DNA of 64,000 bases from the NCBI GenBank assembly GCA_045863295.1, contig BTWA01000010.1, forward strand, positions 32,001 through 96,000, written 5' to 3'. Under the pieces are notes generated by a model, which saw nothing but the letters and a program-made list of their open reading frames with translations, was not told the origin of the DNA and made no database searches. Position numbers and translations under genes: made by a program. Positions 29,968 to 40,456 of this stretch are shown one piece after another; the stretch's first letter is position 1; every line of letters starts with the position of its first letter. Source of the stretch: Candidatus Hydrogenedentota bacterium. GTDB lineage: Bacteria > Hydrogenedentota > Hydrogenedentia > Hydrogenedentales > SLHB01.

Positions 29968-31098
29968 TCAGCCCATCATGCCGTCCGCAATATCAATTTC
30001 CCATGCCTTGCCATAACCCCATTCCTCAAGTTTCACGGGGAATTCGGCCGGATAACGAATGAACCGCACATGGCCGTCCATGTACAACACGTTGGCGCCG
30101 CCCGGAACGTGGTTGAACATGACAACGCCGCCTGTGGAATCGTCCAGATTCGATCCGCCCGAGTCGGACAGCTTCTTTTGCTGTGCCCACCCGTCCATCA
30201 TGGCAGGTAACGTGCTTTGTCCTACAGAGCCCGAGGCCGGGGCGTTGATATCTGTGATGAAGAATCGTTCCACGCCTTCCTTCAGGCGGAAAAGCCGATC
30301 CGGACAAAGGGTCGAAGGGCCAATCCTACGATTGCTGTTCGACGATTGTGTTGTGTCGGCATCGCCATTCGTAAAGGTGAAGTGGTCGTCCAAGGTGGAG
30401 TCGCCGTAATCCCAGCGCAGCCCGCTTGGTATTTCGTACATACCCGTCCAGACGTTTCCGTCGTCATCATACTGAATGTTGTTGTACGGGCATCCCGCTC
30501 CAAGGTTCATTTTAAAATCGTCCAACGAGCCAGAACCGCCTGCGATTGTTCCCAGGGCCGGATAGTTGTCGCGCAGCACTTCCGAAGCCTTTTCGTTGCA
30601 GCGCCACGCCTGCTTCGCTTCCGTGCCATAGCGAACCGCGTAGCCGAAATACACATACGACCGGGGGAAGCTGAAATGCGCCACCATGCAATCCGAGGTA
30701 GCTTGCCCGTCGGCAATCAGGCGGCCCACTTCTTCGTAGCCTTTTTGGATATTCTGCACATTGGCGCCCCAGACGCTCGGGTCGATGTCCGCGTCGGAAG
30801 GACAATGGCCAATCATTGGGTCATTCAAGTATTCCGGATAGAGTTGGCGCATGTCCGGCCCCAACAGTTCTTCCCGCAATCCCGGCCAAATGTTCTGAAG
30901 CTCGGGAAAATACCCACCCTTGGATTCGTTCGAAAACATCTTAAAAACAAGGCCATATTGCTTCAGATTGTTCTGGCAACTGGCGCGCCGGGCCGCTTCA
31001 CGCGCCCTCGCCAGCGCCGGCAGCAGAATGGCCGCCAGGATGCCGATGATGGCAATAACCACCAGCAACTCGATCAAGGTGAATCCGCGTTTACGCAT
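29968..31098 (-). CDS. DUF1559 / prepilin-type N-terminal cleavage-methylation protein with H-X9-DG motif
   Basis: [72 protein letters not shown]. Confidence 0.93.
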   Translation of the reverse strand: MRKRGFTLIELLVVIAIIGILAAILLPALARAREAARRASCQNNLKQYGLVFKMFSNESKGGYFPELQNIWPGLREELLGPDMRQLYPEYLNDPMIGHCPSDADIDPSVWGANVQNIQKGYEEVGRLIADGQATSDCMVAHFSFPRSYVYFGYAVRYGTEAKQAWRCNEKASEVLRDNYPALGTIAGGSGSLDDFKMNLGAGCPYNNIQYDDDGNVWTGMYEIPSGLRWDYGDSTLDDHFTFTNGDADTTQSSNSNRRIGPSTLCPDRLFRLKEGVERFFITDINAPASGSVGQSTLPAMMDGWAQQKKLSDSGGSNLDDSTGGVVMFNHVPGGANVLYMDGHVRFIRYPAEFPVKLEEWGYGKAWEIDIADGMMG

Positions 31099-31448
31099 AC
31101 CTGTCTCCTCTTGTTGACGCAATGAATGAATTGAATGTCACCCAAAGTAATGTGCAAAGGCATGACGCCAGCTCAAAACACGGTCTTGACACCCATCGTC
31201 CTGCCCTACAGCCCGCACCCGCAAATGGTAGTCATGAAACGTTAATCCCTAATGAACAAATTGTTCGGACGGAGTTTTAATTGTGTTAGTCGCCAGAGAG
31301 GGAGCCGATCCGGTGCGGAAGGCAAATTCACTCTTTATGGAAATTACACCACGGAAATTTGCATAGTTCGGAGATCGCGAAAGCGAAATACCAGACCCCT
31401 CTCGATTGCGATACCGGAATAGAAAGTAGGCGCAGGAGCACTGGCGTT

Positions 31449-32291
31449 GTGATATATCCTCGAAAATCCCAATACGCTCAGGACGTGGCCGATCACTATG
31501 ACGACCTCGACCATTGGTATCAGCTCATTTGGGGCGAGCACGTGCACCACGGATTATGGCGCAAAGGAAACGAAACCGTCGCCGAAGCCACCCGTGCCCT
31601 CACAACCCATCTCGCGGATCGCGTCCAGGTTCAACCTGGCGATCGAATTTGCGATATCGGCTGCGGCTACGGCGCTACCGCGCGAATTCTGGCCTACGAG
31701 TACAAGGCGAGGGTGGAAGGATACACACTGTCTGCGAGGCAACACGCGTACGCCCAGCAAGTGGCCACCCAACCGGACAACCCCGTCATTCACTGCCGAA
31801 ACTGGTTTGACAATGGCCTTCCGGATGGAGTTGCCGACCTATGCATCTCCATTGAAAGTTCTGAACACATGGAGGACAAAGCGGCCTTCTTTCGCGAAGT
31901 GCACCGCGTTCTAAAGTCCGATGGCCGGGTTGGAGTCTATGCATGGTTGGCACGTCCGGCGCCAGCCGCATGGGAAGTACGCCTCCTGCTGGAGCCGATA
32001 TGCCGCGAGGGACGTTTGCCGCACATGGGCGATGAAGAAGACTACAGGCAGTTGATGAGCGGCGCCGGATTTACCGGCATAGCTTTCGAAGACTTGAGCC
32101 GCAACGTCAAAAAGACGTGGCCCATCATTGTGGGCCGAATGGCGCGCCGGTTGACCTGGGATCTGGCCGCCTGGAAATACCTGTTCAAAGGCCCCAATCG
32201 GGAATTCGCGCGAACGGTGTTGCGTATCTGGGCCGCATACAACACAGGATCCATGCGCTACGGCCTGTTCACCGCGAGAAAGGCGCCGTAA
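31449..32291 (+). CDS. Class I SAM-dependent methyltransferase (tocopherol/sterol C-methyltransferase-like)
   Basis: HYD...WGEHVHHGLW, DIGCGYG, ESSEHM, RVLK..G. AGGAG RBS before GTG 31449. Confidence 0.85.
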   Translation: MIYPRKSQYAQDVADHYDDLDHWYQLIWGEHVHHGLWRKGNETVAEATRALTTHLADRVQVQPGDRICDIGCGYGATARILAYEYKARVEGYTLSARQHAYAQQVATQPDNPVIHCRNWFDNGLPDGVADLCISIESSEHMEDKAAFFREVHRVLKSDGRVGVYAWLARPAPAAWEVRLLLEPICREGRLPHMGDEEDYRQLMSGAGFTGIAFEDLSRNVKKTWPIIVGRMARRLTWDLAAWKYLFKGPNREFARTVLRIWAAYNTGSMRYGLFTARKAP

Positions 32292-32296
32292 TCCAA

Positions 32297-33385
32297 CTAC
32301 CTTTCGTTTGTCAGCATCGGCAGGATCTTCAAATTGGCCTTGGGAAATGCGAAATGCGCAAACTCATCCGGGCTCACCCACCGCGACTCAGTATGCCAGC
32401 ATGGCGACGGTTGGCCTTTGGAAACGAAACATCGATACGCATTCACGGTCACGCGAAAATGGGAATAGGCATGACTCACGCACGCCACGAGCCGGCCCGG
32501 ACGAAGCGTGACGCCAAGCAGATCGCGCCCCGTGCGGCGTAATGCGATCGAATGATTCTCGCCTGATACGACCTGATTCCCGGGAAATTCCCATAGGCCT
32601 CCCAAGAGCCCGTTGGGCGGCCGTTTCGCGATGAAGTACTTCCCTTCCGAAACGATAACAGCGGCCACCATGTCGTAATGCGGTGGCGGTTTCTTCTCCC
32701 GGCGCACCGGCCGTTCCAGTTGCACGCCGCGCGCTCGCGCCTTACAGTGGCTCGCAACAGGACAATCCCCGCACACAGGCGCGCGCGGTGTACACACGTT
32801 CGACCCCAACTCCATCAACGCCTGATTGAAATCGCCGGGGTTGCGCACGGGCACCAAGTCCCCGGCAAGCCGCCAAAGAGTTTCGATGGTTCCCGATGAG
32901 TCCGCCGGTGTATCGATGTCGTGTAGGCGGGTCAACACGCGGATCACGTTTCCGTCCACCACCGGGGTTCGCTCGCTGTAGGCAATGCTCGCAATGGCCC
33001 CGGCTGTGTACCGGCCAACACCAGGTATTTCCAGCCACTCCGCGGCACTGGAGGGAAACCGGCCATGGCGCTCATACGCAATGATCTTTGACGCCCTGTG
33101 CAGGTTGCGCGCGCGGGAGTAATAACCAAGGCCTTCCCACAATTTCAACACATCGTCTTCGCGGGCATCGGCAAGCGATTGTACCGTCGGAAACCGGGCA
33201 ATAAAGCGCTCGAAGTAGGGGGTGCCTTGCTCGATCCGGGTTTGTTGAAAGATGACTTCCGAAAGCCAAACCGAATAGGGATCCTTGGTGCCGCGCCAAG
33301 GCAGCGTACGGGCCTCACGCCGGTACCAGGCCAGCAACTTGCGCCTCAGTCCGGTCACATCGGCTTTCGGCAAAACGGGCTTCAT
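32297..33385 (-). CDS. mutY: A/G-specific adenine glycosylase
   Basis: LPWR, SEVIFQQT, WEGLGYYSRARNL, PGVGRYTAGA, VDGNVIRV, 4Fe-4S C-X6-C-X2-C-X5-C, GLWEFP. Confidence 0.95.
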   Translation of the reverse strand: MKPVLPKADVTGLRRKLLAWYRREARTLPWRGTKDPYSVWLSEVIFQQTRIEQGTPYFERFIARFPTVQSLADAREDDVLKLWEGLGYYSRARNLHRASKIIAYERHGRFPSSAAEWLEIPGVGRYTAGAIASIAYSERTPVVDGNVIRVLTRLHDIDTPADSSGTIETLWRLAGDLVPVRNPGDFNQALMELGSNVCTPRAPVCGDCPVASHCKARARGVQLERPVRREKKPPPHYDMVAAVIVSEGKYFIAKRPPNGLLGGLWEFPGNQVVSGENHSIALRRTGRDLLGVTLRPGRLVACVSHAYSHFRVTVNAYRCFVSKGQPSPCWHTESRWVSPDEFAHFAFPKANLKILPMLTNER

Positions 33386-33402
33386 GGCGGCGCCGGCAAC
33401 GT

Positions 33403-34479
33403 CTACAGGCGGCCCAAATAGCTGCGCACTTCGTTCAGCACATCAGCGCGATCGACCCACGGCTTGAAGACCACGCGCATCTCCAGCGTATATTCCTTGC
33501 CCACTTCATAATCCGGGATAACCATCTGGAAATCCCAAGCCGGGTTCGTGTCGTCCCCATCCTTCGTCTTGCCGCCGCCGGAAGGCGAATGGGAAAAACG
33601 AAGGTAAGGATTTGGCTTGAAAATGTAAATGAGCACCATGTCGCGCCAACGGCCGTAGTAAAACGGCTCGGTGTACCGAAGCGGCGAGAGGCTGTTGAAC
33701 AACGTATCGCCCTCGGGCGGATACGGCAGTTCCGCCGTCTCTTCTTTGGAAAGAACGCTGCTCGCGTGCCCATGCTTCTGCGTGCAGTATTGCGCCCAGA
33801 TGGGCGTATCCAACGAACCGTCGCCTAGAAAATAAATGCTCTTATCCAGCGGCGCGTTAATGTACGAAGCCCAGAACACGCCCATGTACCCTTCAAATAT
33901 GCCGCGCTTGGGTACGCACCGGTACGTTACATCGATATAATTCGGCTCTTTCACTTCAAAACGTGTCCAGCTTTCCACCCCATAAACAGGCGTTTCCGGC
34001 TGGTACAGTTCCGCGGTCGTTTCGTTCACCTTGGCAAACGTCATCGGTGAAAAACGAGGCTCGAAAAATACCTTGCGGTCTTCCGATCGAGGCCGTGAAT
34101 CAAAGTAATGCTCCAGATTCACACCCGCATAGAACGGCACATAGAGGTTCTCGTCCTTGCCCGGAACCGCCAAGTGAAACACGCCGTTATATCCAGCATT
34201 GTGCTCGCCCGTCGCACCATTGCCGCCAATGATGCACTGCAATTGCGACACACCAAACGATGCAAAATCCGCCGGTCCCTCCGGCACGGGCGCAGCGGCC
34301 GCCGGGTCGGGTGGGGGAGCCGCTTCCGGAGCCGGCGCCGGCTCCACCGGAGCCGCCGGCGTTTCGGCGGCAGGCGGCGCAGCCTCAGGGGCGGGCGCGG
34401 GTTGATCCTGCGCCATCGCGTCGATCTGTGCGCACGATACCAAAGCCGCGATAACGGCCAACCGCCGCATGTGTCGCAT
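33403..34479 (-). CDS. Secreted hypothetical protein with Pro/Ala linker; probable galactose-mutarotase-like beta-sandwich
   Basis: Signal peptide, PAPAPEAAPP linker, AGVNLEHYFD, FWASYIN, NPAWDFQ. GGAG RBS. Confidence 0.6.
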   Translation of the reverse strand: MRHMRRLAVIAALVSCAQIDAMAQDQPAPAPEAAPPAAETPAAPVEPAPAPEAAPPPDPAAAAPVPEGPADFASFGVSQLQCIIGGNGATGEHNAGYNGVFHLAVPGKDENLYVPFYAGVNLEHYFDSRPRSEDRKVFFEPRFSPMTFAKVNETTAELYQPETPVYGVESWTRFEVKEPNYIDVTYRCVPKRGIFEGYMGVFWASYINAPLDKSIYFLGDGSLDTPIWAQYCTQKHGHASSVLSKEETAELPYPPEGDTLFNSLSPLRYTEPFYYGRWRDMVLIYIFKPNPYLRFSHSPSGGGKTKDGDDTNPAWDFQMVIPDYEVGKEYTLEMRVVFKPWVDRADVLNEVRSYLGRL

Positions 34480-34514
34480 GACTGTATTCTCCAATTGAAT
34501 CCGGATGGCCAGAG

Positions 34515-35783
34515 TTAGTTAAGAGGTTTGATCCGGATATTCCGGAAGAACACAGGGTGACTGTGATCCGTGAGCCCGATGAAACCGTCGCGAAGCCGGG
34601 GCTTCAAGTTGTCATCCGAATCAAAGCTTGTATCCTGAACCACCTGACCGTTCAGCGTGGCCTTATATTCAGCGCCTTTCAGGTAGATCTCAACAAAGTT
34701 CCATTCGCCGTTCGGTTTCACCGCATTGACCATGGGAGGAAACGCATCGTAAATGGAACCCGTGCCCGTCTTGTTGGGCGCTTCGCCATAATCGCCCATC
34801 ATCTGGAATTCAAAGCCAATTTTCGAGTTGCGCGCGGCGCGCGGTGCGCGAATGTGAATGCCGCTGTTTCCACCCTCGGGCATGTTGTACTCGAATCGCA
34901 ATATGAAGTCGCTATACCGCTTCACCGTACGCAACAGCTTACCGCCCTGCCGCACCCAGCAAATGGTGCCGTCCTTCACACGCCAGCACTCCTGATCGCC
35001 CGCGATGATCCATCCGTCAAGATCCCGGCCATTGAACAACGCGATGAACCCCTCGGCACGCTCTTGTTCTGTCAATACAGAGTTGTCCGGAGTCCACGGG
35101 TCCAATTCCTTGGGATGTGTCGAAACCGTTTCAAACGCCTCGTACGACGAATCCTCCGCGGGCATCAGGCAGTGCCCAGTTTCCGGCACCGCGCCGTACA
35201 ACAATACAGGGCCTTTCGCCGTCATGGTGGGTTCGAATACGACTTTCACGTGCGGCTTGCCCTCCGATCCCAAAACCACCAACCTTGGAGCATTTCTCTT
35301 GAATCGCCGGATCAGATCCGAAGCGTTGTCACCGTCAATTACGTACACGCATTTCTCACGTCCCCGCAACGCCTTTGCGGCAGTCACCGCGGCCGTGCGC
35401 CGGCCGGCCCTGTCAGTCGGTGCGTCGGGCCCAAGCACGCGGACAATCGCAGTCATCCCGCGATAGTTCATAAGTGCGACGATCTCATCCAGCAATTTCA
35501 GCTTTGCGCCACTCAATGTCTTGCCACCGTCGCCGAATCCAACCAGGTCAAAACAAACGGTGGTACCACCCACGCGCGCCACCTGGTTCATGCGCGATTC
35601 CTGGTCGACAATCGACATCCCATCGTAAATCATGTCGGGTGTGGCTATGCCGCGCAACGTATAGGGCGAACGGTCCTGCTTGAGAATACCGTCCTCCATG
35701 GAAAACTCGTCTTCCGTTCGCGCAACGGGTGCGACAAGTACCAATGCCAGCACCCAGACCAATCCCCGAATTGCTATTTTCAC
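34515..35783 (-). CDS. DUF1080 (3-keto-disaccharide hydrolase family) protein with N-terminal extension
   Basis: EGFIALFNGRDLDGW, W.VKDG, YSDFILRFE, GNSGI, EFQM, TGSIYD, GEWN, LNG, G.IGL.DH...FRNIRIK. GTG start with GGGAG RBS. Confidence 0.85.
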   Translation of the reverse strand: MKIAIRGLVWVLALVLVAPVARTEDEFSMEDGILKQDRSPYTLRGIATPDMIYDGMSIVDQESRMNQVARVGGTTVCFDLVGFGDGGKTLSGAKLKLLDEIVALMNYRGMTAIVRVLGPDAPTDRAGRRTAAVTAAKALRGREKCVYVIDGDNASDLIRRFKRNAPRLVVLGSEGKPHVKVVFEPTMTAKGPVLLYGAVPETGHCLMPAEDSSYEAFETVSTHPKELDPWTPDNSVLTEQERAEGFIALFNGRDLDGWIIAGDQECWRVKDGTICWVRQGGKLLRTVKRYSDFILRFEYNMPEGGNSGIHIRAPRAARNSKIGFEFQMMGDYGEAPNKTGTGSIYDAFPPMVNAVKPNGEWNFVEIYLKGAEYKATLNGQVVQDTSFDSDDNLKPRLRDGFIGLTDHSHPVFFRNIRIKPLN

Positions 35784-35947
35784 CGAAGTTCTCCCGATAC
35801 CACGCGCCTTTCGGCCCCAAGGACACATTACGGCACTCTAGCAGATTTCGCCTCGCTCCAGCCACCACCAGGCCGATCCGCACTTTGAACCAACCACACG
35901 CCTGACGTATCATTCCCGTGTTTGGTGCAACCAGTTTGGAAACAGCC

Positions 35948-37513
35948 ATGAAACGCCTTCTTGCCGTATTGCTCCTCCTCCTCCCGAGCCTCGTCCAGGC
36001 TCAAGAAACGCCCCCGGCCACCCCCGAACCCATCGTCGGCCCAGGCGAGTTTCAGCAAACCATGGACGCGCTCGATGCCTTCCTCGATGGCAACGCCCAG
36101 GCACTCGCCGAAACGCCCGGTGAAACGGTAGTCCTGTCCGCCCGCGACTGTGTGAGCATGGCCGTAGCGCACAATCCAAAAGCCGCGTCCGCGCAAGCGG
36201 ATCGCGAAGCGGCGGAGGCACGAATCGGCCAAGCCAATGCCATGCGCAAGCCTCAGCTGAAAGGCTCCATGACCTTTACCCACACTGAGCTGAACCAGCC
36301 CGATTTCAACCAATTGGTCGGGGGCATGGGCGGCCTCGGCGGAAGTTTTATGCAGGGCGGGCCGTTTCCCGGCGGGGGCTTGGCGCCTTGGAACCGGGTC
36401 GCCGCCTTCACCCAGCAACTGTTGACCAGCCAACTATCTGGCGGTATCAATTTTGCCCCCAAGGACGACTTTCGCACCGACAAAATCACCCTTACCCAGG
36501 TTTTTTATGCCGGCGGACGAATCAGTGCCGCGGTCAAAGCCTCCAAGTTCCTCGCCGAATCCCAGGCATGGCAGGAACAAGCCGCGTTGTCGCAATTGGA
36601 GTACGAAGCGAAGCGAGCCTTTTATGACGTGGTGGCCGCAGCCTCCCTGGTACGGGTGGCGCGTAACAGCGTTGCTTCCTACGAACGCAACGTACGTGAC
36701 ACGGGCCTCATGTTGCAGGAAGGAGCCATCAGTCCATTCGAAGACCTCCGGTCGAGAACTGAACTGGGCATCCGGCAGAGCAATTTGGTGGAAGCGGAAA
36801 ACGCCCACTTGCTCGCGCAAGCCAACCTGAAACGGGTAGTCGGCCTGCCTCAGGATTCACAGGTAGAACCCCGATTGGAACTGGATTGGTCTCCCGCCTT
36901 TCCATCCGTGACCGAATTGACACAAGAGGCCTTGGCTAACCGTCCAGAAATTCTCGCCCTCCAGAAGGGCGTCGAAGCTGCGGAACAGGAAGTGCGCCGC
37001 GCCAAAGGACAATTCAAGCCCCAGGTGGCCGGTTCCGTCCAATACCAAAACGTGGACGGCGGCGGGTACGCCCAGCCCGACGGCCTCACGTTCTCGGTTG
37101 GCGCGGAACTCGACATATACGCCGGCGGCCGGCGCAAGCACGAAGTGCTCGAAAAGCAGGCGCAACTCCGTAGCGTTCAAGCGGAACTCCAAAGCGTCGA
37201 AGATGCATCCAAGTTGAATGTGAACCAGGCGGTCATTCAGGTGCGCGACGCAATCGCGCGCTACAAGTCCGACAAGGCCAACGTCACCCTGGCTACCGAA
37301 GGATTGCGCCTCGCCCAATTGCGCTACACGGAAGGCGTGGGCACCCAGGCCGAAACCTTGGATGCGGAATTGGCCCTCACCGCCGCGGAGAATGCACTGG
37401 TGCTTTCACTGCGTGATTACGCCGTCGCGAACGCCGAACTGGATCGCGCGACGGGACGCCGCTGGATCAAGGACGGCGAAGCGCCCGAATCGGAAAACTC
37501 CGCCGAGGAATGA
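35948..37513 (+). CDS. TolC family outer-membrane efflux protein
   Basis: Signal peptide; two OEP repeats (A..HNP...; ALANRPE...; L.YTEG.GT..E.LDA...L..A). Confidence 0.85.
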   Translation: MKRLLAVLLLLLPSLVQAQETPPATPEPIVGPGEFQQTMDALDAFLDGNAQALAETPGETVVLSARDCVSMAVAHNPKAASAQADREAAEARIGQANAMRKPQLKGSMTFTHTELNQPDFNQLVGGMGGLGGSFMQGGPFPGGGLAPWNRVAAFTQQLLTSQLSGGINFAPKDDFRTDKITLTQVFYAGGRISAAVKASKFLAESQAWQEQAALSQLEYEAKRAFYDVVAAASLVRVARNSVASYERNVRDTGLMLQEGAISPFEDLRSRTELGIRQSNLVEAENAHLLAQANLKRVVGLPQDSQVEPRLELDWSPAFPSVTELTQEALANRPEILALQKGVEAAEQEVRRAKGQFKPQVAGSVQYQNVDGGGYAQPDGLTFSVGAELDIYAGGRRKHEVLEKQAQLRSVQAELQSVEDASKLNVNQAVIQVRDAIARYKSDKANVTLATEGLRLAQLRYTEGVGTQAETLDAELALTAAENALVLSLRDYAVANAELDRATGRRWIKDGEAPESENSAEE

Positions 37514-37634
37514 TCGACTTTGGCGGGTTTCGCTGGGTGAATAGGGTCTCGAAGGCGATTTCACCGGTTTTATAAAGCACAATGCGCTCAGCACCATAGC
37601 CGCCATGGCCATGAAGCGAGTGACAATCCGGCAT

Positions 37635-38228
37635 CTATGCGCCTCCGGTCACCGGCCCGCCAGGAGCATGCCGCGGCGCATTTTTGGAGATCAATTCCAG
37701 CAGGATGGCCTCAATTTCGCGGGGATTGGGTAGATTCATAAGGCCCCATTCTTCCGCATGAAAATCGCCCTGATCATCGTAGCCTTCCTGATACCGGATC
37801 ACGATATCGCCCATGCCATTTCGCCGTTCGCGTCGCCGCATCTGGCTAAGCTCACTAGGCTTAAACGCGGTAAGGGAAAATCCCCATGCGGAATTCACAA
37901 TAAGAACGCGCTGATTCGTGACAACGTAGTGCGTGTGTGTGGCGTCGCGATAAGCCCACAACGGACCCCCAGCCATCAGTCCGATACCAATCGCGAGGAA
38001 TGGACCAGTAAGTAAAGACAGCAATCCCGAATCGAAATAGCGCGTCACATCGTAAAAGAAGAAAGCAATAAAGCCGATCCACGCCGCGCCAAACACCATG
38101 GCGCCCACCGCCCTGCCTGTAAAAAAACGGGGCACAGGCTGGCCCATCCACGCAATATGCTCTCCGGGCAACAATTGCCGTTCGATCATATCGCGCAATC
38201 GGGTATTCATATTGGACAAGAACACCAT
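37635..38228 (-). CDS. Membrane protein with bacterial PH-like domain
   Basis: LLPGE.I.W.G.P, two TMs, T.YVVTNQRV, GMGDI motif. Confidence 0.65.
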   Translation of the reverse strand: MVFLSNMNTRLRDMIERQLLPGEHIAWMGQPVPRFFTGRAVGAMVFGAAWIGFIAFFFYDVTRYFDSGLLSLLTGPFLAIGIGLMAGGPLWAYRDATHTHYVVTNQRVLIVNSAWGFSLTAFKPSELSQMRRRERRNGMGDIVIRYQEGYDDQGDFHAEEWGLMNLPNPREIEAILLELISKNAPRHAPGGPVTGGA

Positions 38229-38310
38229 GAACTGTAGTCCTTTAAAAAGGCTACCTGCCCAGACATTGAAGCGCGCTTCATCTGAATGAAGCAGTGCATT
38301 ACACGCAATT

Positions 38311-40371
38311 CTATTCTACGATGGCATGCAACGTTCGTGTCGTCGAAATCTTCTTCTTATCGATGATGGTCAGCGTGATGGGATACCGTCCAGGCGAAGA
38401 AAAAGCCTTTTCTACTCGAAACTCTTTCGACTTCTGGCCATCCCCAAACTGCCACTCCACTTTGTCGATCGTATACGTGGGGTCATACGCGACGCCGAGT
38501 CCCGCCTCATAAGGCGGCTCCAACGATACCGGAAGCCGTCCCACCGGGCTTCGTATTACGTCCAGCACACTGTACAGCTCCACCTTGCCGACGGTGGTCT
38601 TGACTTCAGTCACCACGGGCATGATGCCCAAGGGCCCCTGACCCACCAGCACATCCGCCACGGCCTTCATGCTTTCCGAATGGGAACCGGGCAATCCATA
38701 CGTAAGAATAATCGCGTCGGCCTCCGACAACTTCGGCAAATTGGACGGATAACCCAACAACACGATGACTACGTGAAGGCCCTTTTCCTTCATGGCACGA
38801 ATCAGACGAAGCTGGCTCTGAATTCGAATATCGTTGGACAGCGTCAAGACCACCGTCTTGATTCCACCGATATGCTTGGTCAGGCGCTCTATCTCGAAGT
38901 CATAGATTTCGTCGCTGTACTTCGCGGTCGATATCTCCTGCTGGGGTACCGCCTTGAAATACTCCTCCAAGGCCACCTGCAACTCTTCGACACCCACAAT
39001 GCCCGTCACGCCCACGGGCAAGTTGCCCGCATGCGTCAACGGCAACAAATTGTTCCGGTTCTGAACCACCGTCACCGCGCGGCGCTCCATCTCATATACT
39101 TCCCGCGGATACTCCTTCTTCTTCGTGAGTTTCTCTGCCTCCTTGACGATCGGACGCGGCCGTTCCAGCAGATTCTGCGACTTCTTCACCTCCAGCACGC
39201 GGAGCAACGCAGCGTCAATGGTGTCCTGACTAATCCGGCCTTCTTCCACCGCTTTCACTATATCCTCAATGGTCTTCATCACCCGCACGCCGCTTCGGTT
39301 CCAGAACAGCATGTCCGCGCCGGCATTCAACGACTCCACCGCCGCCACGCTCGGATCGTACTTCATCGTGATATCCGATCCATCCATCGGCCCCGCAACC
39401 ACGATGCCCTCGTATTTCAACTCCCCGCGAAGCAGATCGCGTATCACCGCCGGAGACACAGAAGCGAGTTTGTTGTCGCGATCGATGGTCGGCACCAGCG
39501 TATTGCCCACGTGTATCATCGTCGCGCCGTTTGCAATCGCCTGTACGTACGGATGCAAGTCTCGCTCCAGCAACGCGTCGCGAGGGGTCACCAACACCCC
39601 CGGTTCGTTGCCGCGCCGGTTCTGGCCCCCACCCGGAAATCCGGGCACAACACAGACTACGCCCTTTTCCTTCAACGCATTGAAAATGGCCATCCCGCTC
39701 TGGGCCACGAATACCGGATCAGACCCGAGCGATTGGACATTGCCCTCAGCCTCCGGAATGGTCGAAGAGAGTTCCAGCGAAGGCCCCCAATGCATGTTAA
39801 ATCCAAGAATATTCAGGTGATTGGCCAGAAATGCCCCGAACCGCAGCGTCACATCGGAATCGCCCGCCGCCGCAATGGCCATCAACGACGGAAGCGGCAC
39901 AAAGAAACGCCGCGTTATCATGTCGTTCTTTCTCGGCAGTGAATACAGATCCGTCCCAATAAACATGGGAATCCGGTTCACCTGCTCGCCAGGAAGGGAA
40001 CGCAAATTGGTCACATACTCCGCAACCGTCCCCGGCTGCAACACCGCGCCAAGAATCACGCCCCCGGGCGAGTAGTTCTTCAATACGGCTCGATCGTCCG
40101 AATCCGGCGCCTGAACCCCCTGAAGGCTGATAATCATCAGTTGCGCAATGCGCTGGCGCAGATCGAGCGCCTGAATCGCCGTCTCAGGTGTGAATTCAAC
40201 GGGCGCTTCCGCTTCCGGCGTTTCGGTATCCGCGCCTTCCCCTGAGTCCGCAGGCAACGGCAAGTCCGACTCCTTTGGCGACTCGCCTCGAAATATGCCT
40301 TGTGCGTGAGCAGTCGTTACACACGACCACGCGGCAACAGTCGCCAACACAACAAGGAAGAATGGCTTCAT
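38311..40371 (-). CDS. GH3 (NagZ-like) fold protein with C-terminal PKD domain; probably catalytically inactive
   Basis: GH3 scaffold (RIAQLMII, PGGVIL, LLRGELKYEGIV, AGADML, AVEEGRIS..ID....R.L..K, AVTVVQN..LLPL); PKD WQFGDG...PGRY.ITLT. Confidence 0.8.
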   Translation of the reverse strand: MKPFFLVVLATVAAWSCVTTAHAQGIFRGESPKESDLPLPADSGEGADTETPEAEAPVEFTPETAIQALDLRQRIAQLMIISLQGVQAPDSDDRAVLKNYSPGGVILGAVLQPGTVAEYVTNLRSLPGEQVNRIPMFIGTDLYSLPRKNDMITRRFFVPLPSLMAIAAAGDSDVTLRFGAFLANHLNILGFNMHWGPSLELSSTIPEAEGNVQSLGSDPVFVAQSGMAIFNALKEKGVVCVVPGFPGGGQNRRGNEPGVLVTPRDALLERDLHPYVQAIANGATMIHVGNTLVPTIDRDNKLASVSPAVIRDLLRGELKYEGIVVAGPMDGSDITMKYDPSVAAVESLNAGADMLFWNRSGVRVMKTIEDIVKAVEEGRISQDTIDAALLRVLEVKKSQNLLERPRPIVKEAEKLTKKKEYPREVYEMERRAVTVVQNRNNLLPLTHAGNLPVGVTGIVGVEELQVALEEYFKAVPQQEISTAKYSDEIYDFEIERLTKHIGGIKTVVLTLSNDIRIQSQLRLIRAMKEKGLHVVIVLLGYPSNLPKLSEADAIILTYGLPGSHSESMKAVADVLVGQGPLGIMPVVTEVKTTVGKVELYSVLDVIRSPVGRLPVSLEPPYEAGLGVAYDPTYTIDKVEWQFGDGQKSKEFRVEKAFSSPGRYPITLTIIDKKKISTTRTLHAIVE

Positions 40372-40456
40372 AACATCCTCAAATCATGCCATGTGCATGA
40401 GCGAACATGGACACGGTTCCCGAACACCCTAAACCAAGTTCCATCGCCGGCGCCAC

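Noticed and set aside
31123..31448. PHO box or LexA site (GAACAAATTGTTC) upstream of the DUF1559-phytase pair
   Set aside because: No convincing 11-bp-periodic repeats, and palindrome spacing (N5) differs from GAAC-N4-GTTC.
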